From Octopus sinensis (taxonomy: Eukaryota): 64,000 bases of DNA. Both the position numbers and the translations under genes were made by a program. Shown in pieces: positions 1 through 12,760 of this stretch (its first letter is position 1; each line of letters starts with the position of its first letter). A model generated the notes under the pieces. That model ran no database searches. It was not told where the DNA came from and saw only the letters and a program-made list of their open reading frames with translations. The stretch lies in contig NW_021831989.1 in the NCBI RefSeq assembly GCF_006345805.1, positions 124,001 to 188,000 on the forward strand, read 5' to 3'.

Positions 1-106
1 CAATACAATAAGATACACAGAAAATAAGATAATACAATGAAGAACAACAATGAATGTGACAAAATTACAAGTGGGAACAAATTACACCACCACAACAACA
101 ACGTGC
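1..106 (-). mobile_element. 5' end of a second CRE-like element running off the left edge
   Basis: The reverse complement begins GCACGTTGTTGTTGT followed by a pyrimidine-rich tract, the same start as the element at 313 (GCACGTTGTTGCACGTTGTTG). Confidence 0.45.
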
Positions 107-312
107 TTGCTATAAATAATTTTATTAAAGTTTATATTTTAACAAAATCAATTTATTTTTATAACAAATTTTTATTCTTATTTATATTTTTTATAATCTA
201 CGTCACTATTAAAAAAAGAATAACAAAAAAAATTTAATCAAATTATATTAAAACCTTAAAATATTAATTTTAAAAAATAATTTAATATTAAACCAGTAAA
301 AAAAACATAATT

Positions 313-3300
313 GCACGTTGTTGCACGTTGTTGTTGTTGTTCATTTCTTTCTTTTCATTTGTTCATTTCTTATTCTATAATCCATTTTTGTAATTGTCAT
401 CTATCTAATAATCTCTCTCTTTCCATTTCTCTCTGTCATCTATTTTTTCATTGTTTCTATCTTGCTCTCTTTCTATGTCTTTCTGTTTCCAACCCACTTC
501 TGTTCTATGCTCTACTTGCGAAGTTAGTAACAACCGCAAGAAAGGGAGAGTCTGTTCTAGTTGCGACAGATTCTTCCACCTTTCTTGCGTGCGTCTTTCC
601 AGGCGCGTTTCTGCCTCTCTCTTAATTTGGGACTGTCCTTCCTGCCGCTCTTGCCAGCCGGTTCAGTGTTCCAGCCCGCAAGAACTCCCCGAAAAACCGC
701 CATTCGCAACATCCCCGTCTGCCGAGGAAGTTCTCAAATCTATCAAGCTCTTCCGTCGTCTCCGGAAAATCCCATCCAGAATCCCAAAAGCTGCGCGTAT
801 CTTTGCAGCCTCCTCCCTGTCCGCCGCAATCGATAAGGCTTTGGCATCTGATGGCCATTCCGATTGGCTTAAGCTGTTTTGCTTCGCCTCTTTTGGTCTC
901 GGTTTTGCCCCATTAAGAGCCCGTGTGAAAACCTCCTCATTTCGCTGGCTACAACCGTCAAACAAGAATTGGCCTTGTACGATAAGAACTCTTTTTCCAT
1001 CCGCTGGCTGCGGGACCACCTCGCTAGCTCCGAATTTCCCTCTGGTTCACCATCCCATAATGTGTCCTCTCACGCGAATGACGTCGACTACCTCAACAGA
1101 AAGATTAATAGTAAACTCTTGGACGGCGACGTTCGTGGTGCAGTTAGGCTGGTTGCCTCGACAAGTCCCCTTTTGCCCACGACCCCTGCTGTTTTGAATT
1201 CCCTCAGGGAAAAACATCCCCCTCAGCCAAACGACTTCAGGCCTCAGCCGTCCCCTGACACCCTCGCTCTCAATCCTTTTGCTGTCTCGGAAACTCTTGT
1301 ACTGAAAGCCCTGAGGGACTTTTCACCTGGAAGCAGTGGTGGTGTAGATGGTCTGAGACCAGGTCATCTGAAAGACCTGACGTCTCCCACTACCGCCGAA
1401 GCTGGTCGAAAACTCCTACGCTCAATTACCAACCTGTGCAACCGCTTCATCTCCGGTTCCCTCCCCGATTTTGCTCGTGATATTTTCTTTTCCGCCAACC
1501 TTACTGCCCTTGGGAAAAAGGACAACGGCGTGAGACCCATTGCCGTTGGGAATATCTTTCGGAGGCTCTCTGCCAAACTTCTGTGCCACGCAATTGTCCC
1601 CTTTTTGTCTCAAGTGTTTCTCCCCGCCCAACTCGGGGTCGGTGTCCCAAACGGCTGCGAAGCGGCCGTTCATTCTCTCCGTGAACTCATCGAATCTTCC
1701 CAGTCGGCTATCATGGTCAAACTAGACGTCTCAAACGCTTTCAACTCCATCAGACGTGACCACCTGCTGGAGTGCTGTCGCGAACTGGTTCCGTTCGCTT
1801 ATCCCCTTGTACATCTCTCATACGCTTCTCCGAGTATCCTCATGTTCGACGATGTTCCCATCTCTTCGGCCACCGGGGTCCAACAGGGAGATCCCCTGGG
1901 TCCTGTCCTTTTTGCCTTGGGCGTTAACAGTATCGCTCACTCTGTTCGATCCCCAGTTAACATATGGTATCTGGATGACGCAACCATTTGCGGTCCCCCC
2001 GACGCTGTTTTCGACGACCTTCGTTCTATCCTCCCTTCCCTCTCGGACATCGGCCTATCTATAAACGCCAATAAATCCGAAATCGTGAACATTGCCTTAA
2101 ATCCGAGTGACTTCACTGCTTCAATTTCCACGTGCCGAGGCATTCTCTCAGACGTCCGGATTACGGACAAATCAAATCTTACGATTCTCGGTGCCCCCAT
2201 GGGGCCTTCTGCCCTCGAATGCTCACTCGCTGGAAAAATTTCCCACTTATCCAAAATGATCGACAAGCTTAAAGTCATCGAGCCTCATGTGGCTTTTTTC
2301 CTCCTCCGAAACCACTTCTCCGTCCCTAAGATCCTTTACACCCTAAGATGTGCACCCTGCTTTCAAAGAGGCGACCTTCTTTCCGACCTTGACAATATCC
2401 TCAGGCTCGGTACGAGCTCTCTTTGCAATCTGGCTTTCGACGATCCAGGCTGGACTCAGGCATCCCTGCCTGTGCGCTGGGGTGGCCTTGGCTTGAGATC
2501 CTATTCCGATCTTGCCCTCCCGGCATTCCTATCCGCTCATCACGCTTCTCGTACTCTCTCAGACATCGTTCTTAGAAACCTCCCCGAACGGAAATTGTCT
2601 GAAGTTTACTCTGCAGCCCGTGGTCGGTGGGAGGCTCGGTTTGGTTCGAAGCTGCCCAACTCTCAATCTGTACAGCGCCAATGGGACGAAATCTTGTCAG
2701 GCAATCTTCGAAGGCCTGCTTCCTGTCTCCAATCAACACCGTGTCGCTTGCCTCCGTGCAGGTCGCTGTGAAAGCAGCGGTGTCTGGTTAAAGGCTCTCC
2801 CTCTCCCTTCCATCGGGAACCTGTTGGACAAGGAATGCCTAAGAATTGCAATCTCCCTCCGTGTCGGGCTGAAAATCTGCCAGTCGCACAAATGCCGTTG
2901 TGGGGGAACTGTTGACGAGTACGGTTTGCATCCCCTCGCTTGCCGGCGGAGTGCCGGTCGTGCCCCCCGTCACAGTGAACTCAACTCAGTCGTACAGAGA
3001 GCCCTCGCCTCAGCAGGCATCCCGTCTATCCTTGAACCTGTTGGATTGGATAGAGGGGATGGCAAACGCCCTGACGGCATGTCCACCTTCCCCTACGAGC
3101 AGGGGAAATCCCTTATTTGGGATTCTACCTGCTCGGACACGTTCTCGCTGGAAATCTCGCGCTGTCCGCCGCCAATCCTGGGCACGCTTCCAGGCAGGCC
3201 GAGGAGCGAAAGATTCTCAAGTACGGCCACCTGTCCAACTCGCTGCTCTTTACTCCAATTGCCTTGGAGTCCTCCGGGATCTTCGGTCCCAAGACACTCC

Positions 3301-3492
3301 GCTTCCTTCGCTCGCTCGGTCGACGGATTTCAAGGACTAGTCACGATCCAAGAGAGTTTTCTTGGCTCCTGGAACGTCTGTCGATTGCTGTGATCCGAGG
3401 GAACGTCTTCGCCATTCGCGCGGCTGGTCGGGTGTCTCGTGAGGCCTTTAACTAACTTAGCTATCTGTAATTTTTGTCTTGTTTTATTTCTT
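313..3492 (+). mobile_element. Full-length CRE-clade non-LTR retrotransposon (family A)
   Basis: CT-rich 5' UTR, PHD-RT-REL coding region, 3' end TTTTATTTCT plus A-run. Candidate 14-bp TSD AAAAAAACATAATT at 299-312 and 3493-3506. Confidence 0.9.
475..3455 (+). pseudogene. CRE polyprotein (PHD finger, reverse transcriptase, zinc knuckle, restriction-like endonuclease) with three frame breaks
   Basis: PHD CSTC..CSSC..HLSC..WDCPSC. RT motifs LREKHP, GGVDGLRPGHLK, GVRPIAVG, KLDVSNAFNSI, GVQQGDPLGP, WYLDD. CRCGGTVDEYGLHPLAC, RHS and RPDG..WDST. Frame changes near 905-945, 2695 and 3150. Confidence 0.9.
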
Positions 3493-3512
3493 AAAAAAAC
3501 ATAATTAGAAAG

Positions 3513-3553
<41 letters not shown>
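3513..3553 (+). repeat. 41-nt poly(A) run
   Basis: Direct count. It lies between the CRE 3' end and the end of the carrier gene on the other strand. Confidence 0.95.
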
Positions 3554-3558
<5 letters not shown>

Positions 3559-4535
3559 TTGTCAATAAATCCCTGTCCCAGAGACTTTATTGTTTCGTAG
3601 GTGAAAAATAAAGCCCCTGTAGCAGGGAAGGTCCTCAACAAGGTTGGGGTCAGTCCCTTATAGAAACCCGCAAAGTCTAAGTATTAAAATACTAAAAAAC
3701 AATTTTCTTTATAAATTTGTCTCACAGCATCAAAAACCCCGAGATTAGTCACTTGGACACGAGATTTTATTGTATCGAAAGGAAATATGGTAAACCACAA
3801 TAAAACTCCAGCATTTCCTCCCGCCACTACATATTCAAAAGGACCTTTAAAATAAACCAAAATTATCCCACCATGTGAATAATTTTTTTTTTGATGTTTA
3901 ATTTTTCAAAAAAATCCAAAGTTGTTTTATATGTTCCAAAAAATACAAAATATCCAGGCACTTCTCTTAAAAAAGTTGGCATAAGACCGCTAAATAAGCC
4001 ACTAAAGCCATTCTTTCGGATAATATCTCCAACCACATTGATAGGCGTGCTAATAAAAAATAACCACAGATCATACATACGTCCATTTGAGGCCATTTCA
4101 GTCGCAGTTTGAAGTTTACATTTTACTAGTTCAGTGGGACAAAGTACAAATGAAGCACAAAATCCTCCAAAGGCCCCCGCAATACAATTTTGAGAAACTG
4201 AAAGTTGAGATGTGCTGGATAGGTTATAATGATTAACAAGAAATCGTTCTGCTAAACCATACGAGAGAAAAACGACTGCATTCTCGCCAATATTGGCATA
4301 TAAAGAAGGAATTGTGCCTCTATATAGTCCAGAAAGGCCTTCTGATTTAAAAGTTTGGGCAAAGCAATGAACAAAATTTTTGTAAAGATTTGGAAATGTT
4401 TGCATTTTTACTTTCGTGGTATCCAAGGACTGTCCGACAAATACTGACGCGGTTGCCCCTTTGAATTATTTTCTAATTCTAACCAATTGAAGCACTCGTG
4501 CCGTTAAGGATAGCATCGATAATGACATTATTCAT
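3554..4535 (-). CDS. SLC25A15: Mitochondrial ornithine/basic amino acid carrier (SLC25 family), spliced; no stop codon before the poly(T)
   Basis: MNNVIIDAILNGTSASIG|ATASVFVGQSLDTTKVKMQTFP; carrier motifs CPTELVKCK and FPFDTIKSR; GFYKGLTPTLLRTFPATGALFFTYE. About four 24-27 nt introns. Confidence 0.85.
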
Positions 4536-5683
4536 TTAAATGTAACGTGGTATATTTTTCATAATAAAGATGAATTTTTAAATAATTTTAATGATGAATA
4601 TAATTTTATTTTTTGGGTTCAATTAGATTGCAATTTGGCTCAGCAAAAAATTAAAAAAATTTTGAGTTAGTTAGTTGATCCGCAGTTTTGCTATCTTAAA
4701 AATTGCTGACTAGCTTTCTTTCAGGAAGATTTGGTCGTAAAGAATACACGAACAAAAAATCTTGATTTCGCTACTTGCCAAATGACGTACCACACGGCTC
4801 TTCTTTCTCCTTTTTTACTATTCAAATTCTATTTGAGCGACACCAACAAAGCAACGCCACTCTTAAGTTATACAGAGTACATTATGATTGCCTCAAAACA
4901 TTGAAGACGCGAATCATCTGTGACTATTTACAGCGGGAAAAGTCATTAATCCTGGCAATTATGTTAATCCAGGGAATTAATGTTAATTTAATCGGGCAAA
5001 CTCATTATTTAATCTTATTCTTCCGTTATAAATAGTTAGATGTCTGGATTTGAAATTCAAGAATCTCTTTCAACCAAAAATGTTGAATTTGGACTAGTGC
5101 TTCGACTTTTCTCAACCAATTGACTTCACATGAAGTCAAGTCAAGCGCAAACTAAACGTCCTAAAAGCCATATTGGGCCAATTGTTCTGTCAAGCAAAAG
5201 AAAACTTTCTAATCGTATATAAAGAAATGTGTGAATTACAATTTCTCAACAGCCCACAATCTTAACATTGTGTTCCTCTGTCAAGGAACGAAAAATATAT
5301 CGTCGCCACTGTTGCCGACCAGTTGAGACTACTCTCAAACATACCTTCCCAAAAAAACGCATCAACTATCTCCAAACATATACACAACCACATTTCTACT
5401 CGGGCTATCAAATACCAGACACCGCACCTTCCCCTTATCGATGAATCCGAATCATTGCTAACCATCGAGCCAATCTCTTTGTTAGCAAAAACAACCAATT
5501 TAACTTTACTAGATACCAAATTTATTATCAATCAAATAAAATTCCAATTCAAAGCTGTAAATCATCGTTTCATTTTTTCCTTGAAACCCAGCTGGAAAGT
5601 TTTTTGCTAAATTAGAAAAAAATAATTCCAATTTTTATTGAAAACTCACAAACAAATCAATAAAACAATTCAATATAACACAA

Positions 5684-8508
5684 TCAAAAACACGCATCAA
5701 AATCACTCGATAAACTCAATTGGAGAATATGATTGTGAAGAGAACAGAGTAGTGGATTCGAATTAACCATTTCGAGGGCTTCCCGAATAAATTGATCTGG
5801 ATTTATGTATTCTAAACAGCTGCTGGGTTCATAAAAGTAATCCTTCTTCATAAAGCAAACAATGATATTTCTGAGTCGTGCCACATCATCTAATGTAATT
5901 CAAATCATAAAAACCAGCAGTACACAAAGTCTCGATTAATCTTTTCCAAGAATCAATTAAAATGTAACAGAATGACTGTCCAATTTATTCAAAAACGTAT
6001 ATTCCGCTTGAAATATGTTTAATTGACTGTCAATATCCTCATAAATTGAATCCCTATAACAGCCATGTTAATAATCAAATACATTGCGGTCGATTCCACT
6101 GGACAATGTTGGCTTGAGGAGAGTGGCACTTTTGGAATAGCAGAAAGTAATCGCCTAATTTTATTATTTTAACAAAAACCAGCAAAGCATTGATAATGAA
6201 AATAAATATGACTTTTCATTACTGAGAATAATGAATACATCTTTACTTATCATTCCGAAATTGCATATATTAACAGTAAAATCTACCTAGAATATAATCG
6301 GCGATATCCATACCATTTATTATATCACACGGGAGACCAATGTCATTGAATATACATCTTTGATTAAGCATATTCCTTGAAATATAAAAACCAATGTCAC
6401 CAGGAAGACATTCTGAGATTTGTAGACACAGCAATAATAACATCTCCAACGCAGTAAACAGAATAAATAGAAAAGGGCAATGACAAAGTCGAAATTAGAT
6501 TCCCAGACGAAGTGAGGAACACCCATATATTATTATCACTCGTAGTAACAGCAGTAATTGTACTGATACGTAAACCCATAAAACACAAACGAGGAAATTG
6601 AGACTGCAGTACACGAATTGGATATAAAAGACTTCCACAAAACTTTATTTTCTGAATTTAGTAGATAGCAAAGACAATATTTCGATCCCTCAGAATAGAA
6701 GGAGCGATCATTGAATGCTTGAAATACAAAGTGTGAGCCCATTAACATGACCTAAATAAACAAATTACAACTCACCTTTGAACTGTACTTATTTAAAACA
6801 GTCGGAACTGCTCTCAAAGAGTATGACATCTTTAAAAATAATATATATCAATTCTTACAGGTTTTTTTGCAATAAAAACAGACGAAGTAGATTTTTCTGT
6901 TTTATCAACAATTTCCTTCGATTTTCCCATCCTGTCTAGCAGTATTAAAATAAATTAACACAACTTGTAGAATTGTTATCGCCAGTAGACAAATCCACGT
7001 TTTGTTGATCCATTTCTCCGTCACTGTCAAATGAACCCAAAAACGTAAGAGGAATTCTTCGAGCCCCGCTTTTTTTCGACCCAGGATTAGATGTATGTGA
7101 CACACTCACTTTTTCACAGTTAACGTTTTTGCTTAAACTAAAAACTAACTAAATATAATATAAACGGAGGAGGGGTTGCTTCTACAGGAATCGGCTTGGG
7201 AAGCACCGAGCCAAGTTCTTGTTCGTCAAATGAAAAAATAGCAACCGACCCGTCAATTGAAGCACACACAACTCGATATCCTGAAGGACACCTGAATTGT
7301 AGATTAAAATAACAAACCAGGCAATATCTGACACAGAGTCAGAAAATATATCGTGTATCACAAATAGTGGTCGCTTTAGCCCGGTTTGCTATAATTTAAA
7401 ACAATTAAATCAAACCCACACAGAAATTGACCTATCTCGACTTCCTATCACAAAATAACTGACTATTTCGTTGCTTGTATCACGAAACATAAAAGGACTA
7501 GCACTCTAAAATAAAATAAACTAAAAACATACAACAACAGTGACGGCTTTTCGATGCCCAACAAGATCAGATGATATATCCCACTTTCCCCGATTGGTGA
7601 TGATTTGTGCTGTGGGCGCATTGTTATTCATAGCCTGTGCAGTAAACAAAGATTTCCCATCTGCAAGCCAGGAAAGCCTCAATGCGTGAGTATTAGACAG
7701 ACACTATTTATAGCCCACAACTCAATCACCTCCAAAAATGGCTTACTTATACATGAAACCTCATTCCACGTCGACGTACTCCATATTCTCACTGTTTTGT
7801 CATCCGACTACATAATGTTTAAATAATGAGACCACATAAATAATCAGTAAAATTACCTGAGAGCCAATATACTCCCCAATTGGATCCCAACTGACTCCTT
7901 TGACAAATCCAGTATGTCCTTCAAGAACACAAAGTTGCCCTAAAAATGAATAATGATATATCAACCTGACCAAGTAGAAGAATCCCAAATAATAATCGTG
8001 TTATCTACACTGGCAGTGGCTATCCATTTGTCCCCATTTGCCCAACTCAAGTCGAGCACATCTTAAATATAATATACTCATCAAACCTCCTCGATGGCCT
8101 GCTAAAATACGACACATTCTCCAAGACTCGGCCGATTTGGATTTCTTCCATATTTTCAGGTGATGTTGATCGTCTCCAGAAGCCAGAAATTGGCCGGAAT
8201 GAGACCATCTAAGACAGTTTACACATTCTAGAATATTATATTCAGTCACTTGTGATATTATCGAGTTGACAAATTAAACTTTGGTCATTTTCATTGGTAA
8301 AAAATGAACTAATGAGCCACAATTTTATTCTTCCTGACATCTCTCCTGATTTGGGATGATTATTGGAATATTACCTTGTCCTCCAGTTGCCAGTATCAAT
8401 TTATCTGGGTTTATATCCGCACAGTAAATCGGGAAATCTAAAAGTTGAAACTAATAAAAAACTTGATTTTGAATCCATTTTAACACATACTGGCTTTATA
8501 AGTCGCAT
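5684..8508 (-). CDS. HIRA: Histone H3.3 chaperone HIRA (WD40 N-terminus, Hira C-terminal domain), multi-intron
   Basis: MRLIKPVCV..PIYCADINPD..ATGGQ, CVNCLRWSHSGQFLASGDD, GHTGFVKGVSWDPIGEYIGSQ|SDDKTVRIW, VGHRKAVTVV match HIRA. C-terminal exon boundaries are approximate. Confidence 0.9.
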
Positions 8509-8749
8509 TGATTGATCAATACTTGTTCTAAAAAGTTATTTGAATAAATTTTATGTATAAATTATATGTAAAAAATCTTATCCAATATTTTCAACTAACA
8601 ATAAATGATTTACAACAAAAGATCTAATATTTACACAAGTTTAATTCATTTATTTGCTGTAATAAGAATCTTCATAATTTTTTTAACTTAAAATAAATTT
8701 TTAGAATTGTTAATTAAAAAATAATTTATGTCAAAAAGTACCGGTGACA

Positions 8750-9120
8750 AAAAATCTCCCTGCGGTACCCCAAACATTATCTTGAATGGAACAGACTCTA
8801 CATTACCAAGACGTCACTCAACTGCATTCTGACACTGTCCTCGTCAACCAAATTCTCTAAGATATTTAGAAGTCTCCCTCTGTGTATAAAGCAAAAGGTA
8901 TTGGACATATCCATCCCATAGATGGAGTAGCTCCCCTGTACTTTCTATGTATTGCACAAAGCCATCGATGTTCCCAGATTAAATTAGATGTAGATTTTTG
9001 ACCGCGAGAGAGAAAGTTCTTAATGTCAGATTTAATCCTATTCAACACTATAATTGATAATGTGGTGCGGAGAGTCGTCAATAGTACGATGGGTCTTACA
9101 TTTGTTAAGGGTCTTTAGCT
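8750..9120 (-). mobile_element. RTE-like reverse transcriptase fragment
   Basis: PIVLLTTLRTTLSIIVLNRIK..LSRGQ..IWEHRWL..GMDMSNTF (RT domains 1-3), degenerate. Confidence 0.7.
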
Positions 9121-9649
9121 TTGCGCGGTTTTTGTAGTGCAAATAGTGTGCCATTACTCACGTCTTGTGGTGAGTTGTATTTGAATGTTTTGTTGTATAT
9201 CTCGATTATACTTCGGAAATCTTGTGCAGTTTTGAAAGGCAATAAGCAATATAATGTAAAGTACAAAAATTTGTGGATCGTTGTATATGTTTTGCGGTGT
9301 AGACTTAAGATATTAGCATACCGTAAATATTAGACTCTTTGTTTATTTCGTGTATATAATTGCAAATTAAAGTTATTAGAATACTTTCTTTAGAAAGGAC
9401 CAAATTAAAACTACTCTCTAGCTTCTCCTTCATCATAGCCAAAGTAATATAGTTGTCCGTTTCAATTTCATTAACTATAAAATCTTTTTATTTTTTTTTT
9501 CCTCCAAATCTGATTTGACTCCCTTTAAAACTCAGCGATAAACTGTTGGCTTACCACCAAACAAAAACTTGGCAATCATCACTTTCTGCGTAGATGGCTA
9601 ACAATGCCGTCTTAATCCCTGCCTATATAGACCGCAACTACACCCGCTC

Positions 9650-9905
9650 TACTGCCGTAAAAGCCAAGGGAGGATCTCAGGCACGTGGAGCTAAACAGCA
9701 TTGTAAAACGCCTACTTGAAGCGACCGGCATCCCTTGCAGGCTAGAGCCCTCTGCCCTCAACAAAGAAGATGGCAAGAGGCCAGACGGCTTTTTGTTCTT
9801 TTTGTACAAGTGCAATAAAGCAATCGTCTGGGACGCGACATGCTCTGATACTTTTGCAAAATCATGCCTTCTTGCGTCCTCGATCAGCAAGCTGGCACAG
9901 TCGGA
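9650..9905 (+). mobile_element. CRE-like REL endonuclease fragment
   Basis: RHVELNSIVKRLLEATGIPCRLEP..DGKRPDG..VWDATCSDTF. Confidence 0.8.
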
Positions 9906-10091
9906 TCATCACACAGAATAATTATTAATTTCTAAAAGAAGAAAGATAGTGAATGATTTTTTCCCACTTAAAAATTACTTGTTAACACTTAGAAAAGTTT
10001 TTTATTTACGACTCTTGGAACTTTGTTAGATTTGCCCTGAATTTAAGCCCGATCTTCATTTAAGTAGGCTATTCTTTAGTTTACTTTATAC

Positions 10092-12184
10092 CAGGGGTGG
10101 CCAACGGTCGATCGCGGCATGTTTCGTGGTCGATCGCTCGATATATAAATTGCTAATTATTTTTTTTGTATTTAAATTATTATAAAAAAAATATTTATCA
10201 ATATTAAAGTAAGTATTTTTCACGTGTCTTGTTATGAGGTGTAACAAAAAGTCCAAATCATATAAATTTAATGCCAAATGGGAAAAGACTATATTTTTAC
10301 GATGCACATGGAAAAATGCACATGTATGCTATGCAATAAAATCATTTCATTACCAAAAAGGGGAAATCTTTGTCGGCATTTTAATTCTTTACATCCCGAG
10401 TTCAACAAACACTTTCCTTTAAATTCCTTATTACGGGAAGAGAAAGTTGAACAATTAAAAAAATCTTTTTTTTCACAACATACAATTTTGAAAAAGTTTA
10501 TTAATTCGTCCAGATCTGCAACAATTGCATCATTGCGAGTGACTCGTCTCCTCGTAAAACACAAAAAACCTTTCACTGATGTCGAAATTTTAAAATCTTG
10601 TTTTTTGGAAGCTGCCGATTCACTATTTGATGGTATGAAAAATAAACAGGAAATTTCAAATTGCATCAAAGAGCTTCAGCTCTCAAAACAGTCAATTGTC
10701 AGAAGGGCTGAAAGCATTTCTGAAAATTCTTTCGCAGTTAAAAAAGGATCTTTACGCATGTTCGTGTTTTTCTCTACAGTTGACGAATCAAACGATGCTA
10801 TTGATATCGCCCAACTATGTGTATTTTCCCGTTTAATCTTCCATGATCTAACTGTCAAGGAAGAGTTATTTGCTATTATACCTATGAAAGAAGAACAACT
10901 GGTGAAAATATTTATAATTCTTTAAAAACGTTTTTTTGTATCATTCGAATTATTACCGTTAATGAAGAAACTTGTATCCATAACAACAGATGGAGCCCCT
11001 GCAATGATTGGGAGTCAAAATGGATTTATTGCATTTTGTCGGAAGATGAACATTTTCCGAAATTTTTATCATATCATTGCATCATTCACCAACATGCATT
11101 ATGTGGGAAAATGTTAAATTTCAACTATGTTATGGAGACAACAGTTAAAAATTATTAATTCCATCCGAGCCAAGCCCCTACAAAGAAGATTATTTCGACT
11201 TTTTCTAGAACAAGTCGATGCAATCTATGGCGATCTACCTTTACATTGTGACATAAGATGGTTAAGCAAGGGATTAATTCTCAGTCGTTTCAGAGAATTA
11301 TTATCTACATTAAAGAATTTTCTAAGAAAACAACAAGAATTGGCATTTTCTTGAAAATCCTGTTTGGCTAATAAACTTGGCATTTTTAACCGATATTACC
11401 AGCAAACTGAATGAACTCAATTTAGAATTACAGGGAAAGAATAGATATATTATCGATATGATCAGTTCAATAATGCTTTCATAATGAAGTTGGAATTATG
11501 GATATCCCAAATCAGAAAAGAAAATTTTAACCCATTTTCCTAACATTGAAGATGAATTCACAAAACAACTTGTGAATAAAAATCATTATGTCAATGAATT
11601 TGCTATGGTACTACAGAAAAATAATGAACGAGTTTAATAACAGATTTAGCGATTTCAAGAAAATTACTATATTATGCAGTTTCTTTGTTTCTCCGTTCAT
11701 GGATGTAGACATCGAAAATATTTCAGAAGAATTTAGCAAGATTTTTGACGTTGATCGAAGAAAAAGTCAAATAGAAATTATAAATCTAAAAAATGACATC
11801 ACTTTAAAATTACATTCAAATGTCAACATGTGGAAATTTATGTCTCAGGAAAAATATCCAATTTTGATTGATTCGTATCAACGAATTCTTTCATGCTTTG
11901 GAAGCACATATTTATCCGAAACATCATTTTCAAGTATGAAAATGATAAAATCTCAATACAGGACACGTTTAACGGATGACCATCTTGGGGATTGCATGAG
12001 AATAGCAATAAGCTTATACGAGCCAGAATTTGAAATAATCGCAAGTGAATTACAATGCCAAAAATCGCATTAATTTTTAATTGTAAAATAAAATTTTTGA
12101 TATTAAAATATATAAGTCGAGCTCTCAAACAAAAAATCGCAAAATGAAAAGTAGCTCGCCGGTGAAAAAGGTTGGCCACCCCTG
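10092..12184 (+). mobile_element. hAT DNA transposon, Buster/SPIN (GTF2IRD2-like) type, frameshifted transposase
   Basis: 14-bp TIR CAGGGGTGGCCAAC / GTTGGCCACCCCTG; perfect 8-bp TSD CTTTATAC (nnnTAnnn) at 10084-10091 and 12185-12192. BED finger CMLC..NLCRHFNSLH, DESND, RWLSKG and FGSTYLSETSFS motifs spread over several frames. Confidence 0.95.
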
Positions 12185-12760
12185 CTTTATACCTATTTAT
12201 TTGTTTTTATCTATGATTTCTGTAATTACTGAAATTATTAAAAATTTGCTTATTTAGTCGTAATTTTTTTATACATCATAATCTATCTCAAATCTCGGCT
12301 AAGATCCAAAAATGTCAAAAATCGACTTTTCTCCAAAAGTATTTGCCGCTCGCTGGTCTAGCACAGTCCCCAACAAATTAAATGGCATTGCATTTGGCAA
12401 AACTCCCCTTATAGCAGTGATTTGTTATTAAGGGAGACGAAACGACATTGGTTGAAGACAGGTTTGGTTAACAACGTCTACTAAATGATCTTGACCATAA
12501 ACTGGGTTAGATAGATCCGACAACAGAAGCAGTCCAAATTCATTCCAGATACATTTTGCTTTTAAAATCTATTTATCCTCTTTCAAACATTAAAATCGAA
12601 AAAATTTCTCCATAGAAAAATTCATCCAGTTTGATCGTGTCGTCTAGGGAGAAGGCAACGTGGGACTTACTTTGTACTTCCTTGTTAAAAAAGCCAGAAA
12701 CAATGACTTAAAGTATTATTGAGTAAGTTTAATTATTACAAATGAAAAAATCACAATTTA

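Noticed and set aside
37-237. Short AT-rich ORFs (also 36512-36739, 56990-57229, 9121-9333)
   Set aside because: Low-complexity composition, no motifs; some overlap TE remnants on the other strand.
900-950. Programmed ribosomal frameshift between PHD and RT frames
   Set aside because: CRE-B reads through the equivalent region in one frame, and no slippery heptamer is evident.
561-3393. Many overlapping alternative-frame and antisense ORFs in CRE-A (also 28147-30592 and 54258-54752)
   Set aside because: Expected shadows of GC-rich retrotransposon coding sequence; no independent motifs.
12290-12720. Possible small gene (one intron-like GTAAGT...CCCTAG on the minus strand)
   Set aside because: No consistent open frame or recognisable product.
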